DNA of 64,000 nucleotides, from NCBI GenBank assembly GCA_013265495.1, contig MU058844.1, forward strand, positions 4,331,535-4,395,534. The letters run 5' to 3'. Made by a program: the position numbers and the translations under genes. This document shows, one piece after another, positions 12,150 through 26,430 of this stretch. This DNA comes from Vicugna vicugna. Lineage: Eukaryota. Position 1 is the first letter of the stretch; each line of letters opens with the position of its first letter. Under the pieces are notes generated by a model that searched no databases, was not told where the DNA came from, and saw only the letters and a list, made by a program, of their open reading frames with translations.

Positions 12150-13200
12150 GAGATAAAGAAACGAAGGCAGATATAGACCCCACTCACAGAAGTTCAGCGT
12201 CTAGTGGGGACACAGAATATAAAGAAGCAATTACAGTATGGTTTAATAGACATTAAGGAGGTGTAAATTGAATGTCATTAAAAAAACACATTATTGAAAC
12301 ACAGATCATTTACAATTCAAGGTTAAATACAATAATAAGGGTATGAATATGTGATGTGGGAGTATAAAGGACTGCAAAACACTTACTGGAAAAGTCAGGG
12401 AGGGCTTCCTGGAGAAGGTGACATTTGAGCTGTGGTAGAAAAGTTGTGTAGGATATGCCAGGTGAAAAAATTCAGGCGGGGGTGACAGAAGGAACAACAC
12501 ATAAGAAGCCATAAATTTGTCAACAAGCCTGGCTTGGGCAGGAAACATGGAGAAGAACAGTAGGGTACATATCACGGAGTGATGTAAATGACACCAGAAT
12601 GAGAGATTAGCTACAGAATGTGAAGGGTGACTTGAAGTGAGCCAAAAAGAAAGCTGCACTTTTCCCTCAAGACAGAGAGCCAAAATAATTTTTTAAGCAG
12701 AGGAAGAAATGATCAAACTTCTCTCTTTTTCGCCTTCTTTCCTTCCTTTCTTACTCTCATCCTTCTTTCCTCTCTCCTACTGTTATGCAGAAAGTGACCT
12801 AGAGTAAAAGGAGAATTGAGGGTAGAAACCCCAGTTCGGAGATAGGTGCTGAAGTTCAAACGAGCAACAATAAGTATCTGGGGAAAGCCAGTGACAGTGG
12901 AAATAAAGAGGTGAAGACAAAATTGAAAAGCACTTCTGGGGTAGAAGTCACAGGGGTTGGCTATGACATGAGTGAGTTTGTTTGGAGGATAAGACAACAA
13001 GGGGCAAAACATAAAATGTAAGAATCAGGAAGATGGAGATTTTCAGCTTGAAGCCTGAGTGACATCATGGATGTAGATGGATGATTCAGGAGACAAGCAG
13101 TTTTAGGAGCAAGGAAAGTTTTAGAATAGAAAAAGATGTTTACATTGTAAGTTTAAATTTCAGGTATCACACAGGTATCTTTAGAGGTATTAAAGAAATG
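12150..13200 (-). mobile_element. L2 fragment
   Basis: gaaaagtcagggagggcttcctggagaaggtgacatttgagctg, ttttaagcagagga and gacagtggaaataaagag are typical antisense L2 motifs. Confidence 0.75.
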
Positions 13201-13284
13201 AAAGGGGACATTTCAAGTGGTTAATTTTCCAATGCGTTATCCAGTACACAGGGAGAGGTTTTTCTGGCTCTTACAGCTCAAAAC

Positions 13285-13785
13285 TAAAACACTAATTCAA
13301 AAAGATACATGCACCCTAATGTTCATAGCAGCATTATTTACAATTTCTGTAATATGGAAGAAACCTCAGTGTCCACCAATAGATGAATGGATAAAGAAAT
13401 TGTGGTATATGTATATAATGGAATATTACTCAGCCATAAAAAACCATAAAATAATGTCACTTGCAGCAACATGGATACACTTAGAGATTATCATACTAGG
13501 TGACGTAAGTCAAAGACAAATGTCATATGCTATCACTTACATGTGGAATCTAAAAAATACAACAAACTAGTGAATATAACAAAAAGAAGCAAACTCAGAT
13601 ATAGAGAACAAACTAGTGGTTGCCAGTGGGGAGGAGGCTGGGGCAATCTGGGGGTTGGGGAGTGGGAGGTACAAACTACTGGGTGTAAGATAATATCAAG
13701 GATGTATTGTACAACACAGGGAATACAGTCAATATTTTGTAATAGCTATAAATGTAACTTTTGAAATTGTATAATTAAAAAAATT
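13285..13785 (+). mobile_element. L1 3' end (ORF2 C-terminus remnant and 3'UTR)
   Basis: ORF 13217..13570 contains KDTCTLMFIAALFTI..WKKPQCP..DEWIKKLWY, the L1 ORF2 C-terminus. Confidence 0.92.
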
Positions 13786-13989
13786 TTTTTAATCGAAATA
13801 TATAGTTCCATGGTGCACTATAGCGAAAAAGGAGAAAGTAAATGGTTGGGTTATTCTAAAAGGTGGAACTCAGTTTTTCTGTGGAAAGCCAATATTGGAA
13901 AATTTGTAAAGTTTTGCCACAAGCTAATAACACATGTACTAACATCTTTGGGATTTGTAAATAGGTTAGAATTGGTTAAATACCTACGT

Positions 13990-14160
13990 TCTTCTTTCTC
14001 AGGATTGTTTTGGCTATACAGGGTCTTCTATGTTTCCATACAGATTTAAAAATTTTTGTTTCAGTTTTGTGGAAAATGCCATTGATAATTTGATAGGGAT
14101 TGCATTGAATCTGTAGATTGCCTTGTGTAGTATGGTTATTTTAACAATATTGATTGTTCC
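13990..14160 (-). mobile_element. L1 ORF2 fragment, antisense
   Basis: aggattgttttggctata...aatttgatagggattgcattgaatctgtagattgccttg. Confidence 0.85.
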
Positions 14161-15069
14161 AAGTGTGACCTTTTCCTGAATGGCACAAAAGGAATTGCTT
14201 GAGATACTTAGACAAAATATTCATTTCCAAATTCTTCTAAGCACACAAATCTCCTTGTATCATGAAAAATTCTATTTAGTTTTGTACTGAAAGAGGACTA
14301 GCTCCTTAAATTGGTAAAAGAAGGTTCTATCAACAAGAAGATTCCTGGTAGTTACATTTAAATCTAGAGGCCTGAAATGGAGATGCATAATACAGACATC
14401 ATACTGAGATTGACTTAAGTGACTTTATTCTTGAAGATAGCCAGTTTGCAGAATTTCTCTCTTCTGACTGTGAGCTCAGAATTGCCTCAAACTTTATATA
14501 TATGAGGTTGCCTCCCAGCAGGATCCTTTCTCAATACTTCTGCCTTTGTGCATGCTTGTTTGAGTGTGTACAGGGTTAAGGGAGATACCTCTCTTTTTTC
14601 CTCCTCCTGGCTGTGGTCTGGGAAACAAGTAGACAGGAGCGCCGAATCTCATATTATGGAAGAAAGAGATAGATGACAGAATTACCTTGGTAATGCCCTG
14701 TCTCCTAGATGAGTGGTATGTTTGCCTTTCCTTTTATTCTGACTTTGGGGGTTGGCTGCTTTCATGAAACAGTTCAGATCTGATGCATTCATTTTGGAAT
14801 AAACATTACTAAATTTGGAAGGAGAGCAGTTTGAAACTAATGGAAAGTGACCAGAGCAAAATGCAAAATCCAAATTACCAGTGTTTGTTGCATAGGGAAA
14901 AGGAAAAGTATGAAATCAATATTACTTTATAATACAATACTGAAGTGTAATTCTTTCTAATTTTATGTATACTTAATCAAATACTAATGGGCTAGATGAG
15001 TCTCTATTAACTATTAAAAGAGTACAAATAAATGAAAAATTTAAAACAGAGATCAAGTCTTACGGGGGA

Positions 15070-15420
15070 CTACAAGGTACCTGAATGAGATTACCTAAGA
15101 ATAAAAAATGCAACAAAAACTAAATGTGAGGGTTGGGTAAATAAATTATGGCATGAAATGGACTATAATGCAGCCACTAAAATATGCTATAGCTCTATAT
15201 TTTTTGAGATATAAAATATGTCTGTGATATATGTTTTATGATAAAAGCTGATTATAAAGTTGTCTTATAGCATTAAATGATTTTAATTATTTAAATTATA
15301 GAGAGGGGCAAGATTGTGTGTGTCCCTTTGTGTGTATGTCTACTAAACATTTTGGAAAGATGCACACCAAAATATTAATACTGCATAATAGGATTAACAA
15401 TGATATTTTTCTTTTAGAAT
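15070..15420 (+). mobile_element. Old L1ME-like 3' fragment
   Basis: ggtaaataaattatggc..aatggactataatgcagccactaaaa...tttggaaagatgcacaccaaaatattaa. Confidence 0.55.
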
Positions 15421-17093
15421 TTTTTGTTATTAGTACTAAAATGTTAAGTTTCATATACATATGTTTATTATGAGTTCAAGAGGGAAAAAACAAAAGGCAA
15501 TTTCCACTTTTAAAACAGTTTGGTTGAAAAAAGATAAGCTTACTTAAAAAATTTAAAATCTGACTCTGCTTACATATGAATTATTTTTGAAGAGCAGTTG
15601 AAATAGTGACCAAAACAGATGGCACAAATTAGGGGAATGAGTTTGTCATTCACTTTTTAAGTGTGCAAACTTGAATCAAATTAGACTTTCAGGAAACATG
15701 ATGGTATGAGTACATGTTTGCATAGCACGCTAACCAAAATAGCAAGCACAACAGAAAACAACAAAAGCAGCTCCATTATAAGGAAGTTAGTAATTTACCA
15801 AAGTCCCATACTACAGAATCTAAAATATACTTGCTGTTTACAGTAATATTTGATCAAAGTAAATCATGCTTAGTTTTTGACACATATATTCCACAACCAA
15901 AAGTGGAACGCTTTTGGGGGGAAGAAAGTAAGCAGTATCCCTAAAAATCCTTTACTTGGAGACAGGTTGGATGGGTTGCAGAAGTATGGGCCACCATCTG
16001 TGATACCCTGGATCACAGGCTCGGTGAAGTCAGGAACTCTGTTTTTTGTTAACAACCGTGTCCACAGTTTCTGGCATATAATAAGGGCTGAATAAATATT
16101 TGTCTAATAAATGCTTGGAGTTGTTTTCCTGCCCATGTAATGGCCGGAGTGGAAGGATAAACAAAATAGCCATGTCATTTAATTTAACCCAACCTAGATT
16201 CATAAGCCGGAGGAAACAGCTGCTCAGCCACAAAGCAAAGTTAACCAAACAGACATAACTGTTAATCCATCAAGTAAAAACTCGTGTGAGCCTTAGAGCA
16301 GTGCACTGATACACACTGCATTACACTGATATGGAAGTCTGCCAGGATGACCTAAACCAGTCTTTAAAAGGAGAAACAGCTAAAATTCAGGAGACTTAAG
16401 ATTGGAAATAACTTGAAATATCTTGCCTTGACAAAGTCTGAGGACAAAGGCTACTCTGGGTCTTTAGCATCAGAAACTGTTGAATCTTCTCTTGACTTAG
16501 TTTCAGCGATCCCACCACTAGTGATCTTCATCCTCTGTGTGGCTCTGTTCAAGTGTCATATTTCCAAGAAAGAGAATTGGATTTTCCCAACTTAAATCAG
16601 ACGCCTCTGCCTTTTTTTTTTTTTGAAGAAGCAGAACATAATTTGCCATATCCTACAGCCCTGACTTATGACTCAGATTTAGTATTGGCATTCCTCTCTC
16701 CTTCCACTACCTCCAGCTTCTGTTGTTAGAAACTGTGGCCATCTTTTCTTTGTTTCATTTTTCTCAAGATTACTTTATGAGAAATGAGAAATGAGAGCTG
16801 TTTTCTCATTGACTTGCACAGTCCTGTGTTTAGCTTATTGGATATGGAAGGACTACATCTTGTTGGCTCATTGCTCATACTAGGAATCATTAGCCAATAT
16901 TGTAGTAATCATTTCCTAGAAGATGCAACATCATACCTGTATCTTTTAACCAAAATAGTCTATTTTGAACTTGAACATAATCCAACATCTTATAATTCTC
17001 ATTTTTCCCTTTTTTTTTAAGGTGAGATATTCATAAAAATATACTTGTAAAACTTTCATTAAATAGAAATATCAGAAAAGATATCTGGCCAGA

Positions 17094-17663
17094 TGTTTTA
17101 ATTATCTATTGTTCATAATATATTATTCCAAAAATTAGCAGCTTAAAAAACAAACATTTATTATCTCACTGTCTCTGTGGGTAAGGGATTCAAGTGCAGG
17201 TTAGCTGGGCATCTCTCAATCAAGGTTTTTCATAAGGCTAAGTTAGAGTTGTGGCTAAGACTATACTCTTACTAAGGCTCAACTGGGGTAGGATCCTCTT
17301 TCAAACTCCCTTAACATGGTTGTTGACAGGTTGTTCCTCATTGGCTGTTGACCTGATGGCCTCAGTTCTTTACTGGCTGATGGCTAGAAGCCTCCCTCTT
17401 TCCCTTTCCACATGAATCCCTACCAAAACATGCCATCTGGCTTCCCTCAGCAAGCAAGAGAGTGAGAGAGACTGGCAAGACAGAAGCCACAGTCTTTCTG
17501 CCGCCTAATTTGTAAGTGATAACCCATAATCTCTGCTACATTCTACTCATTAGAAGTAAATTAGTAGATCTAATCCACATTTAAGAGGAAAACATTACAC
17601 AAGGGTGCAAATATCAGGAAGCAAAAATCACTGTGAGCTCCCCTAGAGCCTGCTTATGACACC
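17094..17663 (-). mobile_element. MaLR solo LTR (MLT1F/H-like)
   Basis: gcttaaaaaacaaacatttattatctcactgtctctgtggg, aaggctcaactggggtaggatcc, ggcctcagttcttt, acattctactcattagaag. Confidence 0.8.
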
Positions 17664-20124
17664 AGGGAAAACCAGGTCTGTGATTCCTGTAATATTAGAA
17701 TTATGGGTATATTCTGACATTTAAGAAGTAGAAGAAAGAAAGTAAAGTACAACAAAGTAACATTAAAATTGAGGAGGGACTTTGGGTAAAAATGAAAAGC
17801 ATTTACTATTACCGTTCTATAAACCAGGAGGGAAAGTGGTTTGATCATTAAGACAAATTTTCATCCACAGGCAAGGGGAATTTTACAGCAAACGTTTACA
17901 CCAGACCTTCACTGGGCCACGCATTTCTGCTCAAGTTTTAAGAATATGCCTAGTTATCCTCTACAATAGTAGCTGTTCATCATGGCTTATGTTTTTCAAT
18001 ACAAAAAGTTAAGCGAGGATATTGGTAATGTAGAAATGACCAGTAAGAGAAACTTATGTCAATACAAGAAAAATGTGAAAAAGTATTAAATAATTTTAAC
18101 AACAACAACAAAAAGATCATAAGAAAGATCCACAGAAAGGGAAAAAATGCAACAATTAAAACAACTTACACCAACACAAAAGCAAAATATTTTGAGGCAA
18201 AGGAGTTCAAGACCTATGGGACTCTTTCAGCTCTAAAGGAAACTAGCCAGTTACACTTCTACATGTGAAAAACAGGAGGATAACCAAATTCCTTAATAAT
18301 TAGATAAGACTGATTATATTAGATATATTAGTCTTAATGAACTGCTCTGACACATATACCCAGAATGAATGCTGTTTCGAATGGGTGGAGTAGCTGAGAA
18401 GTAAACAGAGAAAAAAAATGAACAGACATTGGAAGAACAATTTAAAACATCCGGTTTGGATATGTTACAATCAACATGGTATGCTTTACTTAAGAAATGG
18501 CAGAAAATCTACCCTACTAGCCATCCTGAAGATTCATCATTCAGGTAACAGGAAACTCTCTTGTGTGTTTTCTTCCAAGAGGAAGAATGAATAGGCGAAA
18601 CAAATAATAATAAATCAGATCCCTATTTGGAAATGTGGGAAAAAATTTTTACATGAACATTTTCAGATCAATTCACCAGAGACTCTATAGAAATATAATA
18701 ATTGAAAGATTTAAAAAGATGTCAACAAACCAATGACCCCAATATTCCTAGCAATTCACCAAGATTTACTGAATGTCAACAATATGAAGAGCACTCTGCA
18801 CCAGAGAGAAGAAGTCAATGAACCATCATTTACATAATTATTTTGTTTTACAATAATATTTTTTCTAGGATTTATTATTTGGAAGAAATTGAAGAGTATA
18901 AAGAAGAATATGTAAAATAACCCACAGAAAAACATGGTTAACATTTTGGTATGCTTTTAATTAAAAATGATACGTGTTTACATATAAATATGTGTATATA
19001 CATTTAAAATATTGATATATCATTTTTATAAATTATTTTTCAACTTTCTTTTTTCTCGCCTATGATGTCAGGGATTTTTCTCTTATGTTACTGAATATCC
19101 TTTGAAAAACATGACTATAGAAAATATTTAGCATTCCATCTGTGGTTATAAGAAATTAATATAATTTACTAAATTGTATTCATTAACATGATTTAATATA
19201 TTAATTAATATAATCACAATTATATTACTTAATATAACAAATAATTGTAATTCATTACATCTGCTCATATGATAGATATTAGGTTATTTCCAATCTAAAT
19301 ATTTATTTTATTTTTGATATTCATGAAGTAATAAACATCCTAAAGCAAAAATGTACTGGTCATTTATAACGCAGCATACGATCTGTACTTTCAAAGAGTT
19401 CTTACTCTGGTGGGGAAAAAAAGAGGTATAAAGGATTACTTTGACCTATGGTAAATTCTAAAAGTCAAATGCCAATTGCAATGCAAATATACGCAATGCA
19501 GAACTACCTGCCTTCTGCCTACATAAACCAGCGAAGGTCTCACAGAGATCTCACTTGCCTGGGTCTTGAAGGAGAAAAACGAGCTTGTTAGATAGACTAT
19601 GAGCTTAAAGAATTCCAGGCATAGAGTATCAGGTGCAAGCTTGACATTTGAATAGTGATTAACTGTTTTCTTCCTGAAACACTACCTTTTCTTGCTTTCC
19701 ATGACTCCAAACTCTCCCTCTTTTCCTCCTGTCTCTTGTTTGAGGAGGAGTACATGTATTTTCCATTTCTCCTGTTTCCAATGGATGGACTTCACTAAAA
19801 TACACTCCTGGCCTCTTGCCCCACCCCTTAACCACATCTTCCTGTGAAGAGAGCAGATTCCATTATGGTTGAAAGTCACTGGTCCATATGTTACACCCAT
19901 CATCTGCTATCACTAACAATTTGAATGTCTTTTCTTCTTTCTCTACCAGGTCAGCGGGAAGCAGAAAGCTTAAGTTAGATTTTCAACACCAAATTTACCC
20001 ACAGAAGAACTTTCCTCAGACATAGAAAAGAGATGTGAGAGGAGCCAAGGGCTACCACAACATTCTAGTCAGTCGGTTTAGCTCTCAGACAACCTCAAAA
20101 GTTTAGCAGCAATTAATATTTAAT

Positions 20125-20660
20125 ACGGTATAGCCATTATGGAAAACAGTGTGAAGTGTCCTCAAAAAACTGCAATTAGAACTACCTTATAATTCCAGCA
20201 GTTCCACTCCTGCGTATATATCCAAAGAAAATGAAACAATAATTTGAAAAGAAACATGCACCCCAATGTTCATAGAAGCATTGCTTACAATAGCCAAGAT
20301 ATGGAAGCAACCTCAGTGTCCATCAACAGATGAATGGATAAAGAAGATGTGGTATATACATAGATTAGAATATTACTCAGCCAAACAAAAAAAGAATACA
20401 ATTTTACCATTTGTAATAATAATGGATGGACTTAGAAGGTATTATTCTTAGTGAAGTAAGTAAGACAGAAAAAGACAAATACTGTATGTATCATTTTTAT
20501 ATGTGGAATCTAAAAAATAGAGCAAATGAATAAATATAACAAATCAGAAACAGACTTACAGATACAGAGAACAAACTAGTTGTTACCAGTGGGGAGGGAA
20601 GGGAGGAGGGACAAGACAGGAATAGGAGATTGATAGTACATACTACTAGGTATACAAAAA
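20125..20660 (+). mobile_element. L1 3' fragment
   Basis: ORF 20266..20451 MFIEALLTIAKIWKQPQCPSTDEWIKKMWYI is the L1 ORF2 C-terminus. Confidence 0.92.
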
Positions 20661-22859
20661 AGACAACACTATAATCTCCACTTTATGACACCATGTTTCT
20701 CAATTTGCTCTGCACTGGACAAATCAAAAAGGGGTAATACATTACTGCCCACCTAAAATCCCAGCAATTTGTATCCTATTTGTAATTATTTTTCGTGTGC
20801 CATGAGAATTAGTGGTTGGTTGGATATGAGAGATGAGGGAGAGAGAACTAGAATGATTCCCAGATGCTAAAAGAGAACCTTTACAGAAGTGGCAAAACAG
20901 GGTGACTAACATAATACCGTTCTTTGAGTTTAAGGTATCCCTGGGGCTCCAAATGGAGAGTTCAAGTAAGGTCAAGTCAATAAAAGAAGAAAGTTGATTT
21001 ATAGATTATTAGAGAAAATATAATAAGAAATATCAATAGCCTAATAAAAAGACTATTACATCTTAGGAAGAAAAAAAATTTAGGAATCAGATATATCAAA
21101 GTCATTCCATTAATTTGAAAATCTGTATAATGTGAGAAAAAGCAACAATGACAATAATTTGTTGATATCTCTGTTTTTAAAAAACGGAACTATGATAGTC
21201 TATCCCACTTCCCTCCTGCCCTAATCTCAACAGCAGTACTGTTACATGATTAACTGGAAAATGACAGTGGCTTGGAGGCCTAAATTAAATCTTAACAGGA
21301 GAGGTAAAGGAAATGTTCTAGATTATAATTTAATGTGTAAACTTTGACAGTGGGAAGTAGGCCAGCTTTTAAAGAATAATTTATGACTCAAAAGCAAGCA
21401 GAAAAATACATAGCAGGTATGTGAAAGTATTAGCTACTAAGATAAAATATAGCTTCCAAAAGGAGTATATTTGCAGTGGATGACAAACTTCCTTATCATT
21501 TTCTCTTAATAAATAAGTGTATGTTTGTAGCACTTTGTCATTTAGCTAGTTCACTGAAAGTTACACACAATGTGTCACATAAAACAGTATAATATATGTC
21601 AAACCAGGCTTCTGTAAATTTTCAAACCCAAAAGGCCAGTTTTCTATTCCGCTGTGCTGACAAACTTGTATTCTTTACAAACAGTACAAAGAAAATCTGC
21701 AGACATCCAAATGGCGGACCAAAGAAGATTTTGGAGGGTAGGTGGAACTTGAGCTAGACCATCAAGAATTTTGACAGATGAGAACATGACAGAAAAAGAC
21801 AGAAAATATGGGTGTTTCTCAAAAGTACATTAAACACTGTATAATGAAGTTGGATATTTTGAAATCAGTTTTTTCTCTTTACTTCCTACCTTAATACTCT
21901 GCAATTAAGTCAGCCTGAACTCCTGAGAACAAGTAACCCAAGTGAAATTGAAACCCCAGGGACATTTTGGGTATTCATGGCAATCATCAAGGGCCCCATC
22001 AATTCCTACTTCACCTTCTGCTCCTATTCTCATCTATTTTTTTCAATCTATCTGTGACTCTTGGCCTTGGCTCTTACTTGAAGGTACATGTTTTACCTTT
22101 TGGATTTAGGTGTCTTCATTGTCTCCCCGATTTTTGGTTATTATTTCTCCTTAATCGTTTTTTGACACATATTCATCCCCTTGACACTCTCCACTCTAGA
22201 CTGTCTCTGGTAGGATGGCTCACATCTGTTTTGGCCCTTTGGGACCCACTCCCAGTGCCAGGATTGTTTGGAAGCTGGAGTAGCCTAATACAGATACACA
22301 TCAGGAAGGATTTGGACAATGTCATCCATGGAAGTCCCTTTTGTTTTACTATTATTTTTTTTTTGTAACAAAACACATGTTCATTGGAGGAAAGTATACA
22401 AAAGTAGAGAAAAATCACCTGCAATTCTACCATTCAAGATAAACACTATTAACTTGTTGTTATATTTCTTTCTAGTCTTTTTTCTATATATTTGTTTATT
22501 ACATATTTTAAATGATAGAATTGTATTCATAGTACATATACAGTTTGTATGTTTGCTTTTACATACTTATTATGATATCATGATCACTTCCCAGTATCAT
22601 TACTTCTGACAAAAAAATGCTTTTTAATGGTGTACATTTCAATATATAAATATAACATAGTGAAACTCTATTATTATGCATTTATGTTATTTTGATTTTT
22701 CACTATTGTGCAGGAAACATGAATATCCAGTGGTCTATGTAGTGCAAGTTATAATCAAGGAACTAAAGGTATAAAGCTAAATGTAACAAAAAATAACACA
22801 GATTCGATTGCATCTTGGAAAACATACTTAGGGAACTCATTCAGAGGCCACTGAAAACT

Positions 22860-23870
22860 TCCATAACATCCCCTATTCATTTGAGATTATGCAAATATCC
22901 TGTTTCTCCTTAAAATTTTGCCCACTAAATACATGTAGCATTCATCAGTGGATCTTGTGTATAGCAAGTGTTACTGTGATGTTCTAAAGGTAATTTCCTA
23001 TTTTCCTCATTTCTTCTTCATCTATTATTTGGAATTCTTCTGTAAGGAAGATTTATCTCTTCTCTCATCTCCATTTATTCAGTCATTCACTTAATCAGTG
23101 TAGACTCATATATTCTTGGGGGAAGGATGCTATAATCCAATAATATTGTTATTTATTTTGTTCAAATTGTAGCATTGGCCATTGGGAACTCTTTCAGATA
23201 GGCTCTTTTGTCTTTTTGATATGACTCCATCTCTGCCTCCTTTTCTCTCTCTCTCTTTTTTTTTTTTGAGCATTTACTTACTTTCTAGTATTATACAGTG
23301 CTTTAGACTTATTTTGCATTTTTCCCTGATGAGCCCTACTATCAACCATTTCTCCAAGGAGCCCAAATCCCTTTAATTGGAGAAGTGTATTTAGAAACCA
23401 AGATCTATGTATTGGGTGAATTTATTGTTACCATGATTGTTACTAGGCCTTCTCAGCAGACAGATCTAGGAAATATGTGTTTGTATACTAACTACCTATG
23501 CACACATATCTATAGTTCTGTATTTATCTATTATTAAAATAAACATGAGTTTATGCCTTTATTTCCAACTCCAATCCAGCACTACAAGGTTCATTCTAGT
23601 CTTACTACTTCTTGTTTATTTGTCAGTTCTTTTTCTGACAGTGAGAAAACTTACCCACAAAACAGTACCATACTGAGCAGTTCCATCACTCAGAATTCTA
23701 TTGTATGCCTCCTGTATGGTCATTTCCTTTATTCTTTCAGCTAATGATCTGTTGCCTATTCCTACAGTTTTTCTTTTTGAGAATGCCATATAATGGAGTC
23801 AAACAGTTGTAGCCTTTCTTGAATCTAGCTTCTTTCATGTAGTAAAATGAACACAGCATTTTAAAGGTAT
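22860..23870 (-). mobile_element. L1MC/MD-like 3' region, antisense
   Basis: tattatttggaattcttctgtaaggaagattt, ttggccattgggaactctttcag, ccatttctccaaggagccc, gtatttagaaaccaagatct. Confidence 0.75.
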
Positions 23871-24189
23871 TTCTGCTAAGCCCCGCAGGATACAGAGGTA
23901 TCACAGAAGTCTCAACAGGAGGTAAAAGGTACATACATTGAGCAACACTTTGAATTTTTTTCCACTCCTGCTAGATCAGAATAAATGGGCTTGTATCTGT
24001 TACAAAAGGGCTTCTGTATGCCATTTTATTTTCATATTTTTTTTCCTACTTGAAAGTGTATTTCAAATTCATTATTCTGAATTAAGGCAGTCTTAGAGGT
24101 AATGAAGAGTGTGGAACAACTGGAAAAGATATTAAAAAGGGAGAATTTAAAAAACATAAAAACTTGTTTGAATGTGTTGGATACATGTA

Positions 24190-24830
24190 CAAAGAAAATT
24201 CCCAAGTATTTTGGTTAAAGAGTAGATAGATGTAGATATCATTCATCAAGTTATATTCAGAAGAAGAGAAGATTTGGAAGAAGAGGTAAGTTCTGGTTTG
24301 AAGATTTTCTAAGTGGAGAGTTCCACTAGTCATTTGTAGCTCAACAATTAGGACTGGGTAAAAGATACAAATTTGGATGTTATTAGCATAGAAACATTAA
24401 TATAATGTGTGGATATGGATGACTTATCACAAGGACAATGTAAAAAAGGAGAAATAATAAAAGCTTAGGATGCTGTTATGTGAAAGACTGATATTTATTA
24501 AGTAAAATATGAGAAGACCACAAAGGAGACAAGAGAGTTATGTACAAGAAAATCCAGGAAACAATGATATAAGAAACTTTAAGAGATAGTGCCTTTCAAG
24601 GACTAGGGTGCTTAGCAATGATAGAGAACAGAAGAGAGGAGGTAAAAGACACCAATAGAAATGCTTCCTCTGGATCTGACTGTCAGAGGTTGTTGGTGAT
24701 GACCAAAATTTCAGTGTGTCAGAAGTTGAAGCTAGATAGCAGTTGATGAACAGTAAGAGAAAATAAAGATGTATTAGGAGGAGTGAATATAGCCTATTCT
24801 CTCTAAAAGTTAGAAAAGAAAAAGATTAGG
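24190..24830 (-). mobile_element. L2 fragment
   Basis: Purine-rich degenerate L2-like sequence (gatacaaatttggatgttattagcatag, agaggttgttggtgatgacc). Confidence 0.55.
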
Positions 24831-25039
24831 AGAGAAAGAAATGTGATCTGGGGAATTTATTGGTTTGGTAGGCAGCAATAAAGCTCTACTTTAAAATATT
24901 TAGAACATGGGTTGGTATTTCAGATGTTTTAAAAATAATTTATATCTTTATTTCTCAAAATTATTGTTTGGTAAATGTTCCTAAGTGTGCTTTAGTTAAA
25001 TTTGTACTTGTTATATGCGAGATAAATAAAATTACAAAA

Positions 25040-26430
25040 TCACAAAAGTTAACTAAAAATGAGTTAAAGACTGAAATGTAAGATCTAAAACCATGAAACT
25101 CCTAGAAGAAAACATAGGAATAAAGTTCCTTACATGGGTCTTGGTAATGATTTTTTGGATATGACAAATAAAGCACAAGCAACAAAATTAAAAAATAAAC
25201 AACTGGGGCTACATCAAATTAAAATGCTTCAGCACAACAAAAACAAACAAATGAAAAAAATAACCACCAACAAAGTGAAAAGACAATCTATGGAGTGGAG
25301 AAAAATATTTGTAAATCATTTATCTGAAAAGACATTAATAGCAAAAATATATAAAGAATTCATACAACTTAATAGCAAAAAACCAAATAATTCAAAAATG
25401 GGCAAAGGACCTGAATAGACACTTCTCCAAAGAAAATATACAAAGGGCCAATAGGTACATGTAAAGATGCTCAACATCACTAGTCATCATGGAAATACAA
25501 ATTAAAACCATAAAAAGATATCATCTCATGCCTGTGAGAATGGCCATCATCCCAAAGACAAGCAATAACAAATGATGGCACAGTTGTGAGAAAAGGGAAC
25601 CCTTGTGCACTGTTGGTGAGATTGTAAGTTGGTGCAGCCACTATGGAAAACATTATGGAGTATCCTCAAAAAATTAAATATAGAATTATCATATGCTTCA
25701 GCAATTCCACTTTTGGGAACATATCCAAAGATAAAAAAGACTCACTAGCTTAAAAGATATCTACACTCCCATGTTGATAGCATTATTTACAATAGCCAAC
25801 ACATGGAAACAACCTAAGTGTCCACTGATAAATGAATGAAGAAATTGTGCTGTATATTGTATGCAGTGGTATATTATTCAGCCATATAAAATGATTGCAA
25901 CAATATAGATAGACTTTGACATCATTATGCTAAGAGAAGTAAGTCTGACAAAAGACAAATACTATATAGTCTCAGGTGTGGAATCTGAAAAAAAAAAAAA
26001 ACAAAGACAAAAACAAAAGAATCCCAAACTCACAGAAAAAGAGCTCAAACTTCTGGTTACCAGAGGTGGAGGGTGAGGGGAGGGGGAATTAGAGGAAGGT
26101 AGTCAAAAGCACAAACTTCCAGGTATAAGGTAAATAATAATAGGGATATAACATGCAACATGATGACTATAGCTATCATTTCTATATGGTATATCATAAA
26201 GTTATTAAGTGAGTAAATCCTAAGAGTTCTCATCACAAGGAGATTTTTTTTCCTTTTTTCTTTTATTTTTACTGTGTATATATATATATAATATACATAT
26301 GAAGGTAGATGTTAGCTGAACCTACTGTAGAAATCATTTCACAATACATGGAAATCAAACTATCATGTCATCCACCTTAAATTATATAGTGGTATATGTC
26401 AATTATTTCTCAATAAAACCAGAAAAAAAA
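25040..26430 (+). mobile_element. L1 (L1MA9-like) 3' 1.4 kb: ORF2 C-terminal part, 3'UTR and A-tail
   Basis: ORF 25134..25418 (GLGNDFLDMT..KAQATK..VKRQ..EW.KIF.NHLS.K.LI.KIYKE) is L1 ORF2. Ends gtcaattatttctcaataaaaccagaaaaaaaaa. Confidence 0.92.

Noticed and set aside
18305..18336. Imperfect AT-rich palindrome TAAGACT...AGTCTTA
   Set aside because: Short, weak and inside degraded L1/HAL1-like sequence.
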